64,000 nt of DNA from a virus, in the IMG/VR virus record IMGVR_UViG_3300037851_000476, positions 1-64,000 of that record; one strand, given 5' to 3'. The translations under genes and the position numbers were made by a program. This document shows, one piece after another, positions 51,689 through 60,600 of the stretch; the first letter of the stretch is position 1, and every line of letters starts with the position of its first letter. Below the pieces are notes generated by a model. The model was not told where the DNA came from. It was given only the letters and a program-made list of their open reading frames with translations, and did no database searches.

Positions 51689-54600
51689 CCATGAGCAGCC
51701 TTTCGGTGTGCCTGAAACGGATCGGTGTAGGAAAGCATGAGGATGCCATCTTGCGCGCCATGGCGGGCGATTACGTCCGCGACGGATACGCGGCGCATGA
51801 GGCGGCGGTCAGCGCGGTAAAGGACTACATCGCCGAGCTGGAAAAAGAGCGCGAGGAAATCCTTAATCAGGCGAAGGCTGCCGGCTGGGCCGAGCCGACG
51901 GCCGCAGCTCCGGAGGCAGCGCCCGAGGCGACCGCTATAACCATCGAGGAGGGCGGGCCAAAGCCGCCGAGAAAGCCCCGGCAGAAGCGCACCGCGGCCG
52001 AGATTGTCGAAAGCGCCGGGGCGCATGGGGTGAAGGGGATCGGGGAGGCGGTATCCGGCCTCTACGAGCTTTTCGGAGGCAAGAGCTTGAAGTCTTTCCC
52101 GGGCGGCATCGATGAGGACACCTACGCCAAGGCAAAGCCGCATTTCCAGAAAGCCCTTGAGGAGTTCCAGGCGGCCGGCCGCGACATCAAGGCCCTGGTG
52201 AAGTGGGCCTACGACAACTTCTCAACCAAGATCAAGCCCTACCTGCGCCGGTTCATCGCCGAGAAAAAGGCTGACGCGGTAACTGCGGCGGCCGAAGAAG
52301 GCGGCAGCGGCATCACCATCGAAACGCCGGAGGAGCAGGGCGGCAAAAAGAAGCGCGGCCCGAAGCTGCAGGATACCGGCGAGGCCTTGGGCGGCAAGCG
52401 GTCGAGCAAGGATCACCGCACCCGCACCGAGGCAATCGAGATCGAGCTTGGCGGTGCGTCGGAAAACGCCAGCGCCCAGCAGCTCGTCGCCTCCCTGGTG
52501 AAAAAGACCAACCGGAGCAACCTTTTCAAAATCGAGCATCCGGTGGAGGGGCGCACCTTCGGGGTCAAGCGCTTCCTGAATCAGGTCAGAAACCTCACCC
52601 ATACTTGGCACGATCGGACATCCTACGACTTTGGCCGTTACCGCAGGGAAAACGCCGTCAAGGCGCTCGAACGCTACGCCGAGGATCCCAAGCACTATAA
52701 AGACATGACCGCCAAGGCTGCCGAATATATCTCAGTATTCGAGCAGCTAAACGATGCGGTCAAGACCGCCTCCACCGTGGCCGAAGCAAGGCACGGCCTG
52801 CTCAAGGCCATCCTTGGCGAGGAGCTGGCCGAGAAGTTCACCGATGTCGATGCGATGAAAGAGCATTTCGGTGGAGCCAACCCCAGCCGGTTTTTTTCGA
52901 CCGAGCAGGAAAAATTCACCGACATGGGCAAGGCCTTAGTCAAGTGGGTCGAAAAGCCCTATGCGTTCGGCGACATGCTTTTTAACGGGTGGCTGCGCTT
53001 TGCCGCAAACGAAGGCGACCAGACCAAGAACCTGCCGATTGTGCGCGAGCGCAAGAACATTTTCGAGATCGAAACCCCCGAAACCTACCGCAACGGGCGC
53101 GATGTCACCCCCGAGGAGCTGATCGAGACTTTCAGCCTGCGGGGCATCGACTTCGGCGAATGGGTCGAGGCCGATTTCAGGCAGCGCAGCGTCAACCTCA
53201 CCTATGACTCCTTCAAGATGCTGGCCGAGGCGCTCGGCGCAAACGACAAGGGCATCAGCCTCTCGGATACTATGCGCCTGGGGATCGGCTGGGGCGCGCG
53301 CGGCCAGGGCGGCAAAACGGCCGCCGCCTTCTGGCCGGGAAACCGTGTCATCGGGCTCACCAAGACCAAGGGCGACGGCTCGCTTGCCCACGAGTGGGGG
53401 CATGCCTTCGATTTCATGGTGAACCGTGAAAACATGATCGCCCAGGTGGACGGCCGGGAGGTTCACGCAATAGATGACCTCAAGGACGCCCTCAAGAACT
53501 ATTACAAGGTCGAAGACCTCGAAAACCGGCTCATGGACCGGCTGCGCGGCATGTGGTCAAGCGCGCGCAACCGGACGAGCCGCCTGCAGGAGGCCAAGAA
53601 CTACCTCAAAAATGAGGCGATCAACGATGTGCGCGAGTACACCGAGTTTTTCAATGGCGCTCGAAAACTCGATGGCGGCCTCGTCGGCAAGTATTGGAGC
53701 AAGAAAGAGGAGATGTGGGCGCGGTCGTTTGAGGCCTACGTCGCCGACAAGCTGCAGGGATCGAACCTCTACCTTGTCGATGAGGCGTTCGTCGCCCCGG
53801 GCGGCGTCGAGCAGATGTTCAACCGCAAGGATCCGGCCTACCCGACGGCCGCCGAGCGGGAACGGTTCAAGCAGCTATTTGATGACTTTTTCAGCCAAAT
53901 CGAATGGTCCGAGGACGGGGTTCCCAAGCTCAAGCCCGATTATGTGCCTGTCACGACCCTTGAAAAGCAGCGGGCCGAGAAATACATCAACGACCTCGCC
54001 GAGCGGGTCGATTCGATCTATGAGGCCCTTTACGGCGGCGAGCAGTCAGAGGACGGCCTTTATTGGTACGCCTACGAGCAGACTTCCCGCGGGGTCGCCG
54101 CCCAGCCCAAGGGCTACATCGCCTACGATGACAGCTATAAGATCGAAACGGAATCAGCATTTGCCGGCACCGGGGCGGTCGCCTACTCGGAACCGCTTAA
54201 AGCCGATGATGTCCTCGGGTATTTCCTGAGATCCGTGAAACATGATAGAAACGCAACGACCATAGAGTTGGAGGTTCCAGATGGCACAATTACAGACATG
54301 GGGCCACGCGGCATTGAAGCATTGGAAGAAGCACCGCCCGAAGATGTGCGCCCACCTGCAGGAGCAGGGGTTACTGGAACAGGCGGCGTTGCAGGCGCAG
54401 GAGAGGGCGGTGGAGGCGGTGCTGGATCTGATGGGGTCGGGGGCGAACGTGGAGGAGGCGAAGGAATTGGTATTGACGAAGTTGATCTATCTCCCGTCGG
54501 AGGAGGAGGAGCCGACACTTCCACCGGACTTGATGCCGTTCAGTCAGCCCCCAAGTTAGACTACACCATCCGGCCGAGCAGCAACCTTGAAACGACCAAC

Positions 54601-57600
54601 GTAGCCGAGCGTTTCAACAACAATATCGCGGCCATCCGGACCTTGAAACAAATCGAGGCCGAGGGCCGCATGGCTACCGCGCAAGAACAGGATATCCTCG
54701 TCAGATACAGCGGGTGGGGCGAGCTTGCCAACTCGCTTGACTCGGATCCTCCGAGGGCATGGCAGGGCAGAGCCGAGATCGTCCATGCGCTGCTGACGGA
54801 CGAAGAAATCCAGGCCGCCCGCCGCAGCTCGCTCGACGCCTACTACACGCCGCCCTCCATCGGACACTCCATCTATGAGGGCCTGCAGCGTTTGGGCTTT
54901 TCGGGCGGCAAGGTCATCGAGCCCTCATCGGGAATCGGGCATTTCTTCGGCACCATGCCCGAGGACATGCGCCGCAATTCGGTCCTGACCGCCGTTGAAA
55001 TGGACAGCCTCACGGCCAGGATCGCCCGCCAGCTTTACCAGACCGCCAATGTTCTGAACCAGCCGTTCGAAAAGACATCGGTTCCGGACAATTTCTACGA
55101 CCTCTCCATTTCAAACGTGCCTTTCGGCGACCAGCAGATCCACGACCGCAAGCACAACCCCGAAGGCTTCCGAATCCACGATTATTTCATTAACAAGATG
55201 GTGAACATCACCAAGCCCGGGGGGCTCGTCGTGGCGATCTCCTCGACCGGCACGATGGATAAGGAAAACTCCCGGGCGCGCAAGGTGTTCTCGGAGAAAG
55301 CCGAGCTGATCGGGGCGATCCGGCTGCCGAACGGCATTTTCCCGGGGGCGGCTGCCGGCGCTGACATCATCTTCTTGCGTAAAAAGGGTGAGGGGCTGGT
55401 GCAGTTGCCGAAGGTGGCCGATTGGGTCAAGGCCGACGAGATTACCCTGCCCGCCGTTTTCGACAACGGCACCTCGCGCGGGTACACAAGCACGGTGCCG
55501 GTCAACCACTATTTCGCCGAGAACAAAGACAACATCATCGGGCCGCTTGCGGCCGGAGTCAACCGCTACGGTCAGCCGCAGGTTTACATCCAGAAGCAAA
55601 CCGACACCGACCAGAAGATCGCAGCGGCGATCGACCGGCTTCCGGCCTCGGTTTACACGACGGCGCAGGCGCCGATCGACATAGACCCCGCCAGCATGAT
55701 CCCCGAGGCCGGTTTCGTCAAGGACTTCGCCTACTACGTCGGCGAGGACGGCAAAATCTACCAGAACCAGGGCGGCAACCCGAAGCTGCAGGAGGACTTG
55801 AGCGAGGATCAGATCAATCGAGTGGCCGCCATGATCGGCATGCGCGACACGATCCGGAGCCTTTTGAGGTCGCAGGCGCTCGACAATCCGGAGAATGTCA
55901 TCAAAAGGCTCCGTAAACGCCTCAACGCCGAGTACGATGCGTTTGTCGATAAATACGGCCCGCTCAACCTGCGCAAGAATGCGCGGCTCATACTCCAAAA
56001 CCCCGATGCCGGCCTGCTGTTTGGGCTGGAACATTGGGACAAAACGCAGCAGAAGGTAAAGCAAAAAGCCGCGATTTTTTTCAGGAACACGGTTCAGCGG
56101 GCAAGGCCGCCCAAGTCGGCAGAAACCTCGCACGAGGGACTGCTCCATTCGCTCATGTGGCGCGGGCGCGTAGACCTGAACTATATCGGCCAACTCACCG
56201 GCAAGACAAGGGACACGGTTTTAAGCGAGCTGAAAGGCCGGATATTCGATGACCCTGAAAAAGGGTTCGTAACGAGCGACGAGTACCTTAGCGGCAACGT
56301 CAAGCAGAAGCTCGCGGCGGCGAAGTCTGCGGCCGAGATGGACCCGAAATACAAGGAGAACGTCGAGGCCCTTGAAATTGTCCAGCCGCTAATGATCCCG
56401 GCCCACGAGATCGGCGTCAAGCTCGGGGCCTCGTGGATCCCGGCCGATGTGGTGCGCGTGTTCGTGAACGATCTGTTCGGCGGCCACCTGGGCGGGTTTC
56501 ATATCGACCACGTTATCGAAACCGGCCTGTGGCACCCGCATTTCAGGGGGCGCACACAAGCGCAGGCAAAACGCTACGAGCAGACCGCAAAAAGCCACAC
56601 CGTTGCAACCGACGAGTTCGGCACCCGGGAGGTCAACCTCTTTGGCGGCACCGAGTACCACCGCAAGGGGATCCTCGACTACGCCCTGAACGGTGGTTTT
56701 CCGGAGGTCTACATCGAGGTCGTGGATGATTTTGGCGGGACGCGGAGAGTAAAAAGCGCGCGGCTGACCGACGCTGCGAACGCCAAACTATCGGCCCTGC
56801 ATGCTAGATTCAGCAGTTGGGTGGCTGAAAACGAGAGCATCCAGAAGAAAATCGAAGAAGTCTACAACGACCGGTTTAACGCCCTTGTCGAGCGCAAGTT
56901 CGACGGCGGCCACCTGACTTTCCCGGGCAAGGTTCCCGATGAAGTCCTCGCCTTGCGGCCTCACCAGAAAAACGCCGTTTGGCGGGCGCTGCAGACCGGC
57001 AAGACCTACTTCGCCCATGAAGTCGGCACCGGCAAGACCTTCTCCATGATCGGATCGATCATGGAATCTCGCCGGCTCGGGCTCGCCAAGAAGCCCATGA
57101 TGATCGTCAAGAAGGCGACCATCGAGCAGATAGCCGGGGAGTTCCTGCGGCTTTACCCGGGCGCCAACATCCTGGTGCTTAAAATCCCCGAGAACATGGA
57201 AAAGCGCAAGCGGGTTATGAGCAGGGTCGCAACCGGGGATTATGATGCCGTCATCATCAACCACGATTCTTTCAAGCGCATTCCGATCCTGCCGGAAACC
57301 GAGGGCGAGATCATCAACCACGAGCTGCAGCGCTTTGCGCGGGCGCTCGAAGAAGCCCAGGCCGCCAACGCGGCAAGGCACACTATCAGGGACATCGAGC
57401 GCCGTGTCGAGCAGCTAAGGCAGAAACTTGCGGCGCTTGCGGATCAAGAGCGCGATCCGGTCCCGACGATAGAGGAAATGGGCATCGACATGGTGGTGGT
57501 CGATGAAGCCCATATCCATAAGAACATCGGCTTTCCAACCAAGTTCGCCAACCTGAAAGGGGTGGAGCCGAAAGAGTCCGATATCGCCTTTGACCTGTTT

Positions 57601-60600
57601 ATGAAGACTCAATACCTGCACAAACGGTATGGGCGCGGCATCATCATGGCGAGCGGAACCCCGCTCACCAACTCGGTCGGAGAGCTTTACAACATATCCC
57701 GGTATCTGCATCCGGATGACCTCGACCGGCTGGGGATCTCCACCTTCGACGCCTGGGCGCAGACGTTCGGCGAAATGAAAAAAGAGGCCGAGTACGCTCC
57801 GGAGGGCGGCGGGTTCAAGCTGACGAGCCGCTTTGCCCGTTTTGTGAACGTGCCGGAGCTGATGGCGCTCACGCGGCAGAATATGGACATCAAGACCGCT
57901 GACGAGCTTTCCATCCCGCGGCCGGCCATCAAAAACGGCAAGCCCGAGCCGGTCATGGTGGAGCAAAACGAGTACGTCAGACAGTTCCAGCAGATCCTTA
58001 AATCCCGAGTAATCGAGGTCCGCATGCGCGGCCCGCGCGCCGAATATCGCGGCTACAACGACAACATGCTGCGGATCGTGACCGACGGGCGGCTGGTTGC
58101 GATGGACCCGCGCCTCTACGATACGGAGCTTCCGGACTACCCCGAAACCAAGACGAACGAAGCGGTGGGGCGAATCCATGAGCTTTACCGGCAGCAGGTC
58201 GATGCGGTTGAGAATGACCCCGAATCCAAAAATTACGGGAAGCCCTACAAGGAAAAGCGCCATCTGCAGTTGATCTTCGCCGATCGCGGAGTGCCAGGAG
58301 GCGAGGAAAAGTTCAACCTCTACAAGGACATCAAGGATAAGCTGGTGGCTAAGGGCGTCCCGGCCGGCGAGATCGCATTCATCCATGACGCCAAGAACGA
58401 TAGCCAGAAGCTCGAATTGTTCCGCAAGGCAAATGCCGGCGAGATCCGCATTCTCATCGGCTCGACCGGAATGATGGGCATTGGGGTGAACGTGCAGCAG
58501 CGGGTTTCCAACATGCACCACCTCGATGTCGATTGGACCTACGCCAACTACGAGCAGAGAAACGGCCGCGGCTGGCGGTTCGGCAACCGCGTCAAGGAAG
58601 TCGGCATCTACAACTACGGCACCAAGCAAACGGTAGACGCCTTCATGTGGTCTACGGTTGCCTTCAAGGAGCGGGTGCTGAAACAGGTGATGAGCAACGA
58701 TCCGAAGATCCGGCACGTTGAGGACATTTCCAAGACCTCGATCGAGGCCTCCGAAATGGAGGGGCTGCTCGCCGACGATCCCCTGCACAAGGAAAAGATC
58801 GAACTTGAGGATGAGGTTCGCCGGCTGTCGAACATCCGATCAGAGTACGAGGCCTCCCGCCGCAGGGCGCGCGAGCGGCTGGCCCGGGTGCCGCTTGAAA
58901 TCCAGGCCCAGGAAAAGGCCGTTGAGAACAACCATATCCATCTACAGATTGCCGAGTCGATCAACGCCCTGCAGGTGGGGGATCAGGCTTTCAACCTTGA
59001 GACAGAGGGCGCCAAGGCAAACGAGGCCGCAAAATCCATTGTATTGCCGGTTGCCGGGAACCGGCCCGTAGGGCAATTCGGCCATCTTGTCACAGTCGAA
59101 ACGACGGTGAAGGAGAAAGACAAAAAGGGAGAGGAAGTCGAGAAAAAGGTCAAAAGCAAACGCTTCCTGCCGATCGCCGCATGGCTCATGGGGCCGCACC
59201 CAGGAGTCGGCCTATACAAGATCGGGCAGGATGTGCGTTACGAATACCCGACCATCCTCGCAAACGGGGTCAGCCGCGGGCTCACCAATGTCAAAAACGG
59301 CTTGGAGGCAAACCGCAAGGAGGCGTTTGATAAAGCCAACAGCCTGAGAAAAGAGATCCCGCGCCTTGAGAAGCTGCTCGCAACCCCATGGGACCAAGAA
59401 AACGAGCTGGCGCAAAAGGATCAGCGCCTACGCCAGATCACCGAGGAGCTGCTGCGCCGCCAGGACGAGGAAGACGCCCGCATGCGCCGCGAGATCCAAG
59501 AGCGCGAGGCGGCCGGCGCCGAGGAAACCGATGCAGACGATACCGATGAAGTCAGGCTTGCCGTCGGCGACATCGCTTTAGGCAAGGTGGCCGAGCGCGG
59601 CCTCGGCATGCAGCGCGGCAGCGTCGAGCGGATCCGCGAGCTGGTGCCGGTGGTCGAGCGGGCCATGCGTCGGGCGGGGCTGCCCCAGGAGGCTATCGAT
59701 CTGGTCCGGATCGAGCTTAAACCGATCATCGATCTCAGCGGGAGAAATGTCGATCAGACCCTCGCCGATTGGGCGGCAGAGGGCAAGACGATGAGCCAGA
59801 TCCTCGGGGCGACCACCATGCGCAAATGGACGGCCCTGGTGGAACTAAGCCTTGAGCAGGATTTGCGCAGTCTTGAGAGAACGGCTTACCACGAATCTTT
59901 CCATATTGCGGCCAAGTGGTTGCTGCCTGAAACCGATTACGACCGGATCATGCAGCACTACCAGAGTGAGGAGGGCGCGGCCGAGGCGTTCGCTGATTTT
60001 GTGTCTCGGCGCTCGGGGGGGCAGCCAGCACCAATCGGCGCCTTGCGCCGCGCCTTCCTTAAACTGCGCGAGCTGCTGCGCCAGGTGGGGGATTTTCTGC
60101 GCGGCAGGGGGTGGACGAACCCCGAGGAGATCTTCGGGCGGCTTACTGCCGGCAAGTACCCTACGCATTTCGAGGCCTGGGGGCAGGGGGAAACGACCAC
60201 CGCCCTACGGAAATCCGCACCCCAGGCAAGCATCATCGAGCAAGTCACTCCGGCCCATGTCCACGAGCGGGTCAAGAAGGCCTTCGGCGGTATCGACCGC
60301 GGGCCGGCGCTGCAAAAGATCAAGGAAGGGCTCAAGGAAATCGTCAAAACCTTTACGCCCGGGCGCGAATACCTCGCCATGAACCCTAAACACTTTGGCA
60401 AGGCCTACGAGATCCTGCGAAACTTCAAGGCGACCAAGCAGTATGCCGACAGAAAGGCACTCGACAGCCTGCGCGAGATTCTTGACCCCAAGAACATGAG
60501 CAAGCAGGACTACGAGCTTTTCACGCTCAAGATCGCCTTAGAGGATCTGGCGCGCGAGCTGGGGGAGAACGGCAAATACGCGAATTGGGAGGCGATGGTC

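Noticed and set aside
53474-54229. 251-aa ORF in the same +1 frame as the nested gene, just upstream of it.
   Set aside because: The product is Ser/Arg/Thr/Pro-rich nonsense, typical of an off-frame read. It is separated from the nested ORF by stops. Here the main frame carries conserved-looking sequence (YWSKKEEMWARSFEAYV and so on).
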